NCBI GenBank assembly: GCA_010093605.1
Contig: MU004189.1
Location: forward strand, 441,834-505,833
DNA length: 64,000 nucleotides
Direction: 5' to 3'
DNA from: Lophium mytilinum
Taxonomy: Eukaryota
The stretch's first letter is position 1. Each line of letters starts with the position of its first letter. Shown in pieces: positions 47,402-59,999 of this stretch. Below the pieces are notes generated by a model, which made no database searches, was not told where the DNA came from, and saw only the letters and a list, made by a program, of their open reading frames with translations. The position numbers and the translations under genes were made by a program.

Positions 47402-50400
47402 CTACAGCTCGGTTTTAGGGCCCAGGAGCCGCTGCCGCTTTGCATCCCGAGTATTTTCAATATGCGCCTCGATGGTGCCTTGCTTCCGGTAGATAATTGA
47501 AGGCAGATTCGGTGTCTGGTGGTCGTAAACACTGTATGTGCTCTGCGCAGATTTGTTCCATATTACGCGAACCCACTTGTCGTTCTCCGTGCTTGGCAGC
47601 AAGGAGACGTGAGTTTCCTCGCCCTGGCGTAGTCGAGGCAAATGAGCCAGCAGGTGCGAGCTGGTCATGACGGCACTGCTACCTATAATCTGTTGAGTCG
47701 TTGTTTGAGTGTTAACTAGTGTCGATTTGGAACCAGTGGTTTGGATTTGTCTTTCTTCGGAATCTGCATCGGAACCCCATCGAGTGCCAGGACTCCAGTC
47801 CGCTATTTTAGAGAGGTAGTTCAATGGTAGACGCGCGGTTTGGTGTGGGCTTATTATATCAATCAAAGAGTCGGAGTCCCATTGATTGGCAGCCCAGTAT
47901 AAGGACAGGCAAGCTGACACATGCGAGATTTTCCAACGTAGGAAAATCAACGCGTGCTCAAGGTACGGATCTTTGGTTTTGGTGCTTGAATTTGAAGATG
48001 GATCCGGACTCTGGTCGTCCATGTTTGGTTCGACCCAATTGCAATACAGTTTAGTTCCACCCTGGGTGAAACACAAGGAGGTAGCAGACCGCTTGAGTAT
48101 AGCGACCCTGCTTTTAGGTCCTGCAAGGAAAGTTAGTCGATTTCAACGTTCTAGCAAAAGTCCCAATACCAAGCTTACCGGCGTCTGTGTACAACCAAGC
48201 TACTACCGTATTCCACATGCTGTAGACTAATAAAGGCAGTTGAGGATGGAAAACAAATTGATTTCCTGAAGCCTCTTCCCGCCATGAAAGTCTACTGGTT
48301 TTAATCTCTCCCCTGCAGTGGTAAGAGGGCCATTGACCTTCAACATGGACCTCGCTCCACACTTGAACCGTTCTGCAATCAATGGCACCTGATTGCATGC
48401 TCCCGGAAACCAGGCCCAGAGCTCTCCCATCTGGAGAGAAGACGGAGTAAGTTGACATATCTTGCTTCTTTTTAGTGCCCTGGTCGGAAGTTTCTTCTAT
48501 GTCAAGAGATTGGAGGCTGTATTGAATCCTCATTGTTCCAGGCACGCGGCGAATGATGATAACGGAGTGTAGAACGAGAAGTCGATCCAGATCGTGACTG
48601 ATGGCAACTGGAAACGCGAAACGGTGGGGAGTCTTCGAAGATATGCACTGCTGCAGCATCCCAAATACTTGGCGGTCTGGAAGATCTACGTCGATGTCCA
48701 TGAGCAGCGTTTCGTCCTTGGTATTCCTCCGTTGATACCGAACTTTCCATCCGGAGCTGCAGGTCTTGGCCAGACCGATTCTTTCATCATCAGAAACGAG
48801 TGAAGGATTTCGATTAGAGCTCCGGACAGCTGGTTGAACGAAGAAAAGGTCTACTGCGTCAATGTACTTTCTGAACGACCTTAGCACTATCCAGACTACA
48901 TACTAGCATCGAAACTTACTGTGAGGGCAAGACAAGAACTATTCCCAGTTCCTGACCGCAACTCGAAACTTGAGATTGAACTAAGATCGGTCGCTGAGGA
49001 CTGCATCTATGGTATGAGCCAATCGCTTCCGTTGGTAGCATCGACGACACCGTAGTATTCTTTGTCTCGTACCAGAACGAAGACTTAGAGAATGCGGTAA
49101 TGCTGGACCCCCAGATTGCTGATGGGTCTTGTGTCAACACGTGGCCCCATTCATCGTCAAGGCGCTCCAGGTCCATAGCAAGCTCCTCAAGCAAGGATAA
49201 AATCTGATTTCCAATCCCACTCGGCAAGATAGGTGCGAGATCTGAAGGTTTCTTCAGGCCAAGGTTGACCAATAGCTTCAAAGATGGGATCATTTGAAAT
49301 ATCCTTGATGCCTCAATCCAGACGGTCACGGTGAGGGGTCGCCTGACAAGTGTTGATATCAAACTAGAGAAGTCGTTCTCGGCGTTATCCTGAAGTGGCA
49401 TATCGTGAGACTGAAATCCAAGAGCTGCATGTTTTACCCATTGGAGTGCATACTCAATAAAAGGAAAGAGGGCTTTCAGAGCCGCAATAGTTGGAAGGGA
49501 ACTAGTCTGGCGAAGCGGACTCGACGGCAGGTCATAGAGAAGGTACGAAAGACAAATCGAGGAGCATCGGACATGGGCAGCGCGCTCATGGAGACTAAAC
49601 CCGCTACTGTGGGCGAGCCCAGAGGTGGCGGTCAAAAAGTCGCGGAAGGATGAGTGTATGAACCGCACAGTCTTGTCGGTCTGCACTTCTACTAAAGCTC
49701 TACAGATAATGGGGAGGGACTCTTCAAACTCAGCTATCAGATTTGAAGTCTCCGTGACTTTTCCGGGAGCGACCGCAATTGCAACCTGTAGTTCGGTGAG
49801 GAGAAGGGGGCGGGAAGCGATGGCGACGAGCTCGAAGATTTTCCGAACGCTTGCTCTTTCTTCCGCATAGCCTTTGTCGAGGACTCGAAGGATCTTGCCG
49901 TAGACATCATGCAGGCCTTCAACATCAGCGGCTTCGAATATGGCGGCGATACGTTCTTTTGGCGAAAGGGCTCTGCAATTGAGGTATTGGGCCATAAGCC
50001 ATGCCCATAGAAACATGCCTTCAGCTCGAAGAGCTAGCGCATCCACCGCTTTCCCGACTGAAGTTCCAATCGGGATCAGTCTGCGATCTTGTAAGCGGAG
50101 CATTTGTGGCTCGAGGTAAGTTTTGATGTCCTGGAGGTTCGAATATCGCTCAAGATACAGTGAAACGTGGAGGAATCGTATAGGTAAGTCCACGTTTGGC
50201 CGACCTAAGAGCAGAACACGCGTGGAAGTCGTCGCGCAAAGTCTTTGAATGAGATCGAGAAAGGTGCTATCTTGGTCGCATTCATCAAGTCCGTCGAAAA
50301 CAAGGGTGGTGTGCTTTAGAACTTCTAGCAGAAGGGATAGGGCGGCGAATATCTCTTCGTTGGACGCTTTCGGTTCACTACTATCGTTATCTTCCATGAG

Positions 50401-52773
50401 GACCGCACATCGATCAACTACATCCTTTTCTCCACGAAATCGGTGAAGGAGCTGATGGACAATAGCTCGAAAAGCGTTGTATGGTCCGCAGTAGTCCCGT
50501 CGCTCTGAAGCAAAGTGGTAATAGCAAATTGAGCCATAGCGCGGAGATACATGAGTAAAGGAGTTTGAGACCTCTTCGAGATCCTCGATGAGCAAAGACG
50601 ATAATACCGTCTTGCCGTACCCCGGCTTTCCTGGAGTCATTGTTAGGATTACGCGATGCGAGGCAAGGTCATCTTACCCTTGATGAAAAGGACAGGCGGA
50701 ACTTCCGAAGTGACTATATCTAAGCCTAGCCCATACTTTGTTGATGTTTCGGATTTCCAACTTTTATAAACAGGATCATTTAAGATGTAGTCTCCGGTAT
50801 CCGGCATCCGAATCATCTGGGCCTTTTCAAATTCTCGTTTGTACTCTGGGGGGTCGATCCAGCTCTTAATGTCACTCATCTTCGAACCTGCAGGAGTTAG
50901 AGACAACGAAGGGACGTTTATGACCACGCGTACTTATCGCTTCTACTTCAGTCTGCTCCATTTCTTCGCTGGTGGGATGCTTGGATATCTGTTGCCACCA
51001 GTTTTCTTCACTTGTGTCAAATTGAGCCGAAAGTCGGGACTCTAGCTGATCATTTGAAAGACGCAGATCCTCAACTTCCTGTCGGATTTGCTGAAAAGCC
51101 TGCCCCTCCAACAGCGGCTGTTGTAACCGCTTCTCATTTTTACTCTGGAATAGCGTCAACCCCTCCAGTAGAACCTCGGCCCTGAACGAGGCTTGATGAT
51201 ACTGCACCCGCTTCAGGAGAGCGGAGAACCTTGCGTCGAACGGCTGCCAGGATGAATTGGGAATGAAGCGAGACCTTGCATGAGTATCTGTTCAGAGTAA
51301 GCCACTTTTTCTTAAATGAACGAAGTGAAGCAATGACACAGTACCGCTATTTGTATCCAATATTCTGCAAGATTCAGAGAAGAATTGCATAATATCTGCG
51401 TACACGTATGAGAGCCCTTTGTAGACTCGGCGGTAGCGAACCTCGGTATGGAGGGCCAACTCAGTGTCCAATGTAGTCGCTCTTTTATTTGTAAAAGCGT
51501 TCAGGTACTCCTTATACGACGGCAAAGACTCTCGAATTCTCGAAATCATGCACACAATTTTGTCCAGATAGACTCTATGTTTCATTCCCAGCTTTAGAAC
51601 GTGAGATTTAGTATCGTTTGGTGATCTTGGGCTGGCAAGGATGCTTACTAGAAATACCAGACGAATAGCGCCCCAAGCCAGAGCCGTCCATTCAGGGCGA
51701 GTGGGTTCGAAAATCGTCACTATCTCAAAAAAAGGCTCCCAAGCAGCAGTAAATAGCTCAACCTTTCGCTGTAGACTGGAGAGCTTGCGGTGATTGGGGA
51801 CGACCGTGCATTTTGCTTGTAAGTCTCTTAACATCTCGAAAGAGGTATTGAACTCTTGAAACTGCTCCATTCCGTTTCTGTCCAGCGTATCACGAAATGT
51901 CGCAATGACTTGGTAGAAAATCTCGTCGGCTTCGTGCAGCCTAAAAACCGATGATTCGTTTCCAAAAGCTCCAGTATTCGCGAATGTCGTTTCAGTGTGG
52001 GCCTTGCTCTCTTCTCCGGAGCTGGGTTGTAGTGTAGGCCAACGTTCGGTCAGAGACGTTTGTATTTCTCTTCGAAGTCGATTGAACGCCTTTGTGCGTC
52101 CTTCACCGTAGATGAGGGGCATGTGAATGTCGAAAATGCCGAGTAAGGAGTATGCGGAGTCTTCTTCGCGTTTTGTCTCGCGTCTCGCTGCCCATGACAA
52201 ACGTTCGTCAATGCTAAATTGAGACAAAGGTCGTCCTTGGAGCGCTTCCGTACTGATCCCTGTGATCTCGTGGATTTCCTGCACCATCGAATCTTTAATG
52301 CCAATACTCGCCCCTTCAGCGGAAAAGAACTCCAGTTTTGCTGGAGCAACAAGTTCCTGCAATGTCCAGCCACGAGTAAACCACCTACTGTGCCGCCATG
52401 CTGATTTCCAATCGGCAGAGCCACTGTTCGAAACGTCGGATAAGAAGACGAAGCACTTTGCCGCATCGCGGTACCAACGAAACATAGAGTTAATAGACTC
52501 TGTGAGGTCGGAACTGCTTAATTTGTCGATACAGCAGGTGTCCACCCAGGAAAATGGGAGGCCGTTCTTCGCCGCCTCCGATGTACAGAATCTGATCTTT
52601 TCATACCCAGCTTTGGTTTTGCCTCGATCCGGACTCTCCGTCAAATCTTTCAGAGTGACTTCTTGGTCATCAGACCCCCAGGTGTGCGACAGGATCGCAT
52701 ACCGTGGAATATTGCTGCCGACGAACTCGACAAGGCTGAGTTCGCCGTCATCTCCGACCTTCAACAAACGCAT
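47402..52773 (-). CDS. Fungal NLR-like protein: HET domain + Goodbye-like helical domain + NACHT + non-repetitive C-terminus (~1680 aa, 6 introns)
   Basis: HET motifs YAILSHTWG, WVDTCCIDK, ESINSMFRWY, SRWFTRGWTLQELVAP and EDSAYSLLGIF. AWEPFFEIV..PEWTALAWGAIRLVF and WQPFDARF blocks. Walker A GKPGYGKT (spliced), Walker B LVFDGLDEC, and AEGMFLWAWL. Six GT-AG introns join all ORF pieces in frame. Confidence 0.9.
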
Positions 52774-53320
52774 GCGGATAGAAGAGAGCTGCGGGCCAGA
52801 GTGCAAGTATAGTGTGCCTAAGTAGGCTCCGAAGGAGGTCTATGTAGTATTAGTGGTTGGCAGACCCATTAAAGAGTTGTGAGGAGAATCTAGCTGGGGA
52901 GGTGACGCCGGGCACATCGAGTGAGGCTGAACATTTGCCTGCAGCCTGCCCTGCCACTCCATACCTAGACACCGCCACCACCTCGTGCATGCGATAGGCT
53001 CATGCAACACTTACACTCTTTTGATAAAAATGTAAATTAATTGAATAGAATTTCGAAAGCGAGCTAGCTGTTTTAGTAGCATAGTGTATTTAGTATCGAT
53101 GGGAACAAAGTTACATATTTGTCCTCAATGTAGCTCAAGCTGGCAAGGCTTATAATACTATGTAAGACCCTTATACGGGCGCAAATTGCGATGTTGAAAC
53201 AGTAAAATCACGCCAGAGTCATTGAAAATCACTCAATTGGAAGCTCAAATGCAGATACAAATCTGCTGCCGGTTCCAAGAAATCAGTAGACTTTGCGTTA
53301 GCCGTGGACTAGCCAGACAG

Positions 53321-54892
53321 CTAGTCGAAGTCGCCTATGGCGTTCCAACCCATCAGACAATTACCACCTTTCCCGGTTGGAATGATCCAGTCTTTGCCAG
53401 TCTTGCCTGGTGGTGGGTTGTCGATTGGTTCCATATAATTGTAATGCGTAGCCGTGACCCCATGCTCCCCCGGGCCATAGTCGTCCTTGTCTTGCGGCTT
53501 AGCAGCGATCCGTCTTAACGTCTCGATCCTGTATGGGTTTGCGGCTTGCACGTTGCCAGGAGGAAGGCTGGTTCCGGGAGTCTGCGAAACCGTTTTTTGC
53601 GGGGCAGAGGCCTTTTTCACGCTCTTTAATTTCTTCGCAACAGGGGCAGATCCTCCTTGCTGACCTTCAGCTTCGTGATCCGCTTTCCGCTTGACCGATG
53701 GGGTTGCGGCGTGTACGTCGCTAGGAGGAACGCTGATTCCCGGGGTGTGCGAAACAGTCTTCTGGGCGGCGGAGGCTTTTTCTACGCTAGTTAACTCCTT
53801 GGCGACAGTGCCTGATCCTTCTTGTTCACCTTCAGCTTCGTGATCCCCTTTCTGCTTGACCGATGGGTTTGCGGCGTGCACGTTCCCAGGAGGAGGGCTA
53901 GCTCCCGGAGTCTGTGAAACAGTCTTTTGGGGGACAGGGGCTTTTTCTATGCTCTTTGACTTCTTCGCGACAGCGCCAGATCCTTCTTGCTGGCCTTCAT
54001 CTTCGTGATCCGCTTTCCGTTTGACCGATGGGTTCATTGGGCCGGAGTTTCCAGGAGGAAGGCTGGCTCCGGGAGTCTGCGAAACCGTCATTTGGGGGGT
54101 GGAAGCCTTCTCCACACTCTTTGACTTCTTCGCGATAGCGCCAGATCCTTCTGGCTGACCCTCATCATTGGGATCCGCTTTCCGCTTGGCCGATGGGTTC
54201 ATTGGGCCAGGCTTGGCTTTCTTTATCGCTGGCTTTTTTCCCTTGGCGGCGGAAAGCTTGCTATCGCTACTGCTCGCGTCCTTCGGGGCGTATGAAGGGT
54301 AATTGCTGTCATGGGCGCGCTTGCGATCGTAGGACTTTGACCAGAAGATGCTGCTGACAGCCAGCCGCTCACGAGTAGGCGCGACAGGAACAGGTTGACC
54401 GACTTCCGTCGTCAAATTCCTAATGATCTCCTCTCGTAAAGCTTGCTCCATCTTGCCCGTAATTTGCACCTCCACCACACCACGAAGTCCGAGGAGTGCG
54501 CTCACGAAAGCTTTCTCCTGCGACAGGACGCTAAAGGGCATTTCTTCCTTCTCTTCGACAGTCGTCTTGCCGGAGAGTAAGCCTTCGAGTTTCTTGTCGA
54601 CGTACCAAGAAGCAACTGGTGAGATGACGGTGTAGTTTTGCCGAGTGAAGAGTATAGTGCCATCCACTTTGATCACGATCTTGGAGATTTTGTGCGGATT
54701 GAGATTGCCGTCGGGTTGAAAGCGCTGGAAAGCCATCGCGAGGAGGTCATCTTCGTAGTCGCAGAAGTCGTGGGCGTTTAGAGTGAGCTCAATAGACCGT
54801 ATTTCCGTCATGCGAGGCTGCGTGGCGAGATGGAAGAACGCCTTTACGTCTTCGAGAGACTTTATTCTGACTGCGATGCGCTGGCGTGTCAT
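53321..54892 (-). CDS. Hypothetical 523-aa protein: globular N-terminal ~165 aa plus four 55-aa basic repeats
   Basis: Intact ORF whose repeats preserve frame; TATA-like CATAAAA at ~55010 upstream. Confidence 0.8.
   Translation of the reverse strand: MTRQRIAVRIKSLEDVKAFFHLATQPRMTEIRSIELTLNAHDFCDYEDDLLAMAFQRFQPDGNLNPHKISKIVIKVDGTILFTRQNYTVISPVASWYVDKKLEGLLSGKTTVEEKEEMPFSVLSQEKAFVSALLGLRGVVEVQITGKMEQALREEIIRNLTTEVGQPVPVAPTRERLAVSSIFWSKSYDRKRAHDSNYPSYAPKDASSSDSKLSAAKGKKPAIKKAKPGPMNPSAKRKADPNDEGQPEGSGAIAKKSKSVEKASTPQMTVSQTPGASLPPGNSGPMNPSVKRKADHEDEGQQEGSGAVAKKSKSIEKAPVPQKTVSQTPGASPPPGNVHAANPSVKQKGDHEAEGEQEGSGTVAKELTSVEKASAAQKTVSHTPGISVPPSDVHAATPSVKRKADHEAEGQQGGSAPVAKKLKSVKKASAPQKTVSQTPGTSLPPGNVQAANPYRIETLRRIAAKPQDKDDYGPGEHGVTATHYNYMEPIDNPPPGKTGKDWIIPTGKGGNCLMGWNAIGDFD
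53535..54208 (-). repeat. Coding tandem repeat, 4 x 165 bp (55 aa)
   Basis: GATGGGTTCATTGGGCC at 54192 and 54027 (165 apart). Peptide unit is NPSVKRKADHExEGQQEGSGAVAKKSKSVEKAxxPQKTVSQTPGxSxPPGNV. Confidence 0.95.
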
Positions 54893-55344
54893 ATTTTTGA
54901 AGAGTTGTGTTGGGAACTTGTGGGATGGTGGTTTTGAAGAGTTGTATTGGGACGTCGTGCGATGGTGGTTTGTCGAGAGTTTGGTCGTCGTAAACTAGGT
55001 TGATGGTTTTATGTAGCTGGCCGCGCGCAACAAGCTGGCTCAAGATGGTCAATATGGAAGTGAAGCTATTGTTGTGAACAATCGGTGGACAATACGACTG
55101 CTTACTTTCAAATCGCGTACACGCGCGACAACCGCTGCCCGGGCGCAACTTCCTCGTCAAGCAAATGCGACAAATTCGCTTGAAATTCAGAGGCTAGCGC
55201 TAGCGCTTGACAGCAGGCAAATAGGGCACACCAGAATTAGAGGAATTATTCAGAAAACTCCTCATCAAGTATCTCACCTTCTTCTTTGAAGTTATGATTA
55301 CCGAAAAGAGTCTAGTGCTCTAAACCCCCCAGGCCCCCCCCCAT

Positions 55345-57288
55345 TTAGTATCCTTCAAAACTGGTATCCGTTCTCCGCGACTTCCCATCGACCTTTTCAT
55401 AGACCCGCCAATAAAGCGCCATGTTAGCTGCCACCAGAAGATCCATCATTTTTAAGCCCTCGTCCTCAATAATGAGTTTCCCTAGTTTTGCTTGTTTGCC
55501 TCCGAACCCTCCGCCAGCTTGTTCCTGACCTAACGAGAGGTCTAGTTTGGAAACGTCATCTTGAAGCGATTTATGTCGACCATGGCGAGGCCTAAAGAAG
55601 GATGATCGCTTAGAGGAGGCGTCGTCGCCTCTTGGTGTTGATGGCAACATAGAGGTACCGGGCAGATTGAAGCGTAGTTCACTGACATTGGCAGCAACGG
55701 GAAAGGACGATGCGGCGCCTTGATGTCCGCCAGACATGATGTGCTTGCACTATATTTCCCGTTAGTCATGCGCAATGCACATTCCGTGGTATAGCTGCTA
55801 TACCTTCAAAGACCGCCCTGCACCACCGGTCGAGAATTCACATCGTCCATTCCACGGACTGGTAAAGGCATACCCGCGAAAGCTGGAAGAGCGCTTCTCA
55901 GGTATCTGAACAGTGGCATAGGCCTGGTCGCCTCGATCTTGAACTGGGGCGGTGGGGCTATTGTAATCTGCTGATAGCCGTTCGTTATTTCTGCCTTCTG
56001 AGCTCTTTCGTGGAACATCCGATCCAGTGCTAGAGTCGTAGGAGTTGAGTCTTCGATGTCCGAAAGATTTGTCGTTGTATCTTGCACCCTCCATCCACAG
56101 CCGCCTTTTGAAGACTGTTTCGCTGGGGACATTATCGCCTTTTGCAGACATGTTGGTAGCCAGGTCCTTTAAAGTCTTAGCGGATACGCCATTTTCTCCA
56201 ACAGCCGCAGACGGGAGGCCTTCCGAGGTGTTTAGGAACTTTGAGTATCCAATGTTATTGATTTCGATGTACATCGGGGCTCCAGCGCGTTTGCTCTTTT
56301 GAGCTGCAGCGGGATTGTGTAAGTTGGAGGAAGATACTTCCACAATTGGAGGATCTTCGATCCGCGCAACATTCCACTGAGAGGAGGAGGATGGGTCCCG
56401 TCGGATGAGGGTAAGCGAAGCCCCAAAGAAGTTAGGGGTGCGAGGTCTTTCTGGACTCGCGGAAAGTCGCCCCTGCATATTTTGAGCTGGGGGCACTTGC
56501 GCGCCATATGTGTTCTGTGATAATGGTCTCGAAGGAAAAGGCTCTCGGAATGCGGGAGGATAACTTCCCTGCGATGATCGGTATGGATCATTCCTTACTG
56601 TGGGGTCCACTGGATACGGTGGCCGTGGGGGTAATGGATGCTGTTCAGATGGCCTACGAGGAGGCAAAATCGGAAGCTGTTCGCCATTGCGCAAGCCACT
56701 CAGATCGGCAGATCGGCCACGGTAATGATCTCGGGCATCTGGCCGCGGGTAGTTCGACTGGATGGTTTCATGGCGATTGTCAATGACTGTCCGTGGAGCT
56801 AACGGCGACGTTGACAGCGGCTTTCTCTGCGTCACATGGGGTGGATTCGTTGAAGGTTGATAAGGTGATTGCTCTGGAGTCAGAAGATTGTTGTTGTACG
56901 TCGAATTACTAGGATCAACAGCTTTCCTATGCACCGGAGGCGGTGGAGGAGCTTCCGTTCCTGTTCCTGGGTTCTCGATAGGGTCGTCAAGAAGTTCGGC
57001 GTCTTCCGGCTGATCTATATGTAGGTAATATAAACAGCTTTGTACATCTTCTGCCGTCACCACTTTCTCCAGAGGTTTCATGGGAGTAAGGAAGACATCT
57101 GAAACGGTTAGCGGGCTAAACATGCGTCTCTAAGCAGCGTTCACACCTCTGCTTCCTGGTACCCGAGCTATGTACAGCACCAACGGCTCGTGCCTCTCGT
57201 GAGTAGGATTCCGTGGATAGCGTGGCGGCTGGGAGGCAAGTGCAGTCAAATTCGATAGTGACCTCGCTTCAATGGCAGCAGAAGCCAT
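55345..57288 (-). CDS. Conserved Pro/Ser-rich fungal protein of unknown function, 2 introns
   Basis: Blocks LASQPPRYPRNP..PLVLYIARVPGSR|DVFLTPMKP..DVQSCLYYLH, LTLIRRDPSS..QWNVA, GYAFTSPWNGRCEFSTG and AKLGKLIIEDEGLKMMDLLVAANMALYW. Confidence 0.85.
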
Positions 57289-57888
57289 CGTTCTCGCTGT
57301 TAGACTAGACCTCGAACGCAAGCAAGCGGAATTAGGGCCACGCTTCGGATGTAGGTGGGTTGGACAAGGTAGAAGGAGAGGGTTTATGATTTATGAGACA
57401 TGCCGGAATATAGGCCTAGTTGTTTAGGGCTGTTACGTGTTATACACAAGACGCAGCGGGCTGACGTGAAAGCCCAGGCTCATTTTCTCGAAGCAGGCAT
57501 CCAGCTCAGATTTACGTGGCAGCAGTGGCTGTGCCGGCCCAAAGGTCCTCAGATTTAGATAGGCCGACGCGTCTGCTTCACTCGTAACTCGTACGAAGGC
57601 CGCAGCGGGAAAGAGCCGTGGCAAACAAAATGTAGAGCATAGACAGAAATAACCTCCTACGCCGCTGAGCGGAGTGAATAGGTCTGGGGATCTTCCGCCT
57701 GCGGAAGGGAGGCCGAGGCCTTGGCGCATGTTTTGGCAGGAATACGCGAAGTAACAGAAAAAGTTCGCGGGCACAGCTCTCACGTCCACCTCGCGCCAAT
57801 CACCACCAAAGCCTACTCATACACTGTATAGCAGAGAATCCCTATCCTCAAGCTCACATAAGTCGCCTGCGCCTCAGTTACGGCCAAA

Positions 57889-58961
57889 ATGGCGGACGAC
57901 TTAGAGGTATGTCTATTTCTCGCTGTTACATTGCAGAAGACTAAATGCGCCCTAGGAACGTCTTAAAAGCCATGCTCGAGCTTTCGAGGGTTTGATTTCG
58001 CTGATACCAGCTAAGCACTACTATGGTGAAGACACGAGTGTACGTGTCTATTCAAATCTATATAAAACTACCAGACTGACACCTACGTCAGGACCAATGG
58101 CAACGGAAAAAGCAGACGAAGAAGCAGAAACGGGAGGCCAAACGCGCGAAGCTAGACCCGAGCTCCTACAAGAGCGCGAAAGATGTCATGGACGACAACG
58201 AGCGGAAGCGGAAGCGGGAGTTGGAGGCGGAGGATGATTCGGACATCGGAGGAGAGGGCAGAGAACGACCACAGGAGGGCTTAAGAGCAAAGGGCAAAAA
58301 GGCGAAGATGCTGAAGCTAAACGGCGCTAAAGGAGACAAAGCCAAGACGCCCAAGGGAGAGCAAGATGACGCAGAGAGTGGCGTGGAGGGGGAGATAGTA
58401 CCAAAGAAGTCAAAAGCAGAGAAGAGGAGGGAGAAAGATCAGAGGAAGAAGGAGAAGCAAGCGAAGCTGAAGGAGAAAGTGGAGGCAAGGAAGGCGCGGA
58501 AAGAAGAAGCTGCTACTGAGAAACCTGTCGAAGCAGAGCAGGAAAAGGTGGCCAATTCGGACGAGGACGAAGCCAATGGCGATGACATTGAGGCAATCGA
58601 TGTCAGCGGGTTAGTCGAGGACGAGCCTGCGGGCTCTCAAGACAGCGCGGCATCCACGCCAGCGCCGGGAGTAGAAGAAGATCCAGACGATGAAGCAGAA
58701 GTTCTCACAGAAACGCAGGCGCAACGGGATGCCATGAAAGCCAAACTCCAGGCTCAAATCAAGGAGCTACGTGCCCAGCGGAAGGCGGATAGTACTCTAG
58801 GGAAGTCCGGGCAGGACAAACAGAAGATGATCGATGCCAGGCGGAGAAAGGAAGAGCTCAAAAAGGCGGCAAGAAAGGAGCTAAGGAAGGAAGACAAGGT
58901 GGGCAAAAAGGAGGGCAAAAAGGAGGCCAAGGAGAGTAAACAGAAGGCCAAGTTTGGTTGA
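57889..58961 (+). CDS. RRP14: Rrp14-like ribosome biogenesis protein (N-terminal Rrp14 domain present, C-terminal SURF6 domain apparently missing), 2 introns
   Basis: MADDLE|ERLKSHARAFEGLISLIPAKHYYGEDTS|DQWQRKKQTKKQKREAKRAKLDP, then a K/E-rich body, LRAQRKAD..IDARRRKEE, and a stop at 58961. Confidence 0.82.
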
Positions 58962-59197
58962 CAACTGCAATTACGGGACAGCAAAGGCATGTTGCATGAA
59001 GTACGATAGTCGGCTTAAGCGTCTGGGACCCAATTGATTGATACCATAATGAGGATATTATTTTCACGTCATCACTCATGCAAGCATATGAGCCTGTTAC
59101 AAAGGGATGCATTCTAGGGAGTGCTTATAGTTACAACTATGAGAATCTCGAGGCTCCAGTTCTGAAATATTTACATTTTGACGATCTCGAAATCCAT

Positions 59198-59999
59198 TTA
59201 CCTGTATGGGGCGTCCGCACGAGCAGCTGCCGCGATCTCTGGTTCCCACTTGTCTCCGTTCATCAACAGTTTCTCTTTGTTATATAGCAACTCTTCCCGA
59301 GTCTCAGTTGCATACTCCGCATTGGGACCTATGATACTTAGCAAAACCCTATACATATGTAAATTTAATGACGTACCCTCAACAATTGCATCAACGGGGC
59401 AGCTCTCCTGGCACAGACCGCAGTATATGCACTTGGTCATATCGATATCGTATCTCGTCGTCCTCCTGCTACCATCCTCACGCTCCTCAGCCTCAATCGT
59501 GATGGCCTGGGCCGGGCAGATAGCTTCGCACAGCTTGCATGCAATGCAGCGCTCCTCCCCTGTCGGATATCGTCGGAGTGCGTGTTCCCCGCGAAATCGT
59601 GGCGAGATTGGGCCTTTCTCGAACGGATAGTATATTGTGTACCTTCAGAGTTGATCAACACACTATTCGGAGGCTGGTGGAGAGGTCTCAGGCCCCAATA
59701 GCGTAGACTCACGGTGGACGGAAGAACTGCTCCAAGGACACCCACATCCCTCGCATCATCTCCATCAACAAGAAGTACTTTCCAGCCTTGTCAAGCGCGC
59801 TCTCGCCAGAGTCCATTTCTCTCTTCGGCGGTGCCAGCCTGAAGCCTGGTGGCGGGGGCCCTGCTGGAGTGGCGGCCCGGAACGCTGTGGTGGAGAAGAA
59901 TGCGGCGGTCGTGGCTGAAGGGATTCGGGAGGCCCTGAGCAATGCCACGCCGTGTTGGCCGCGGGCCAGCATCATCAATGGCCTCGTCGCGCTGGCCAT
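59198..59999 (-). CDS. NDUFS8: Complex I 23-kDa Fe-S subunit (TYKY/NuoI), 2 introns
   Basis: Mitochondrial presequence; [33 protein letters not shown] and [12 protein letters not shown] (two 4Fe-4S motifs). Confidence 0.97.

Noticed and set aside
51955..51995. TTFANTGAFGN linker as a fungal amyloid signalling motif
   Set aside because: It is too short, lacks the paired N/Q/G-rich pseudo-repeats, and is internal rather than terminal.
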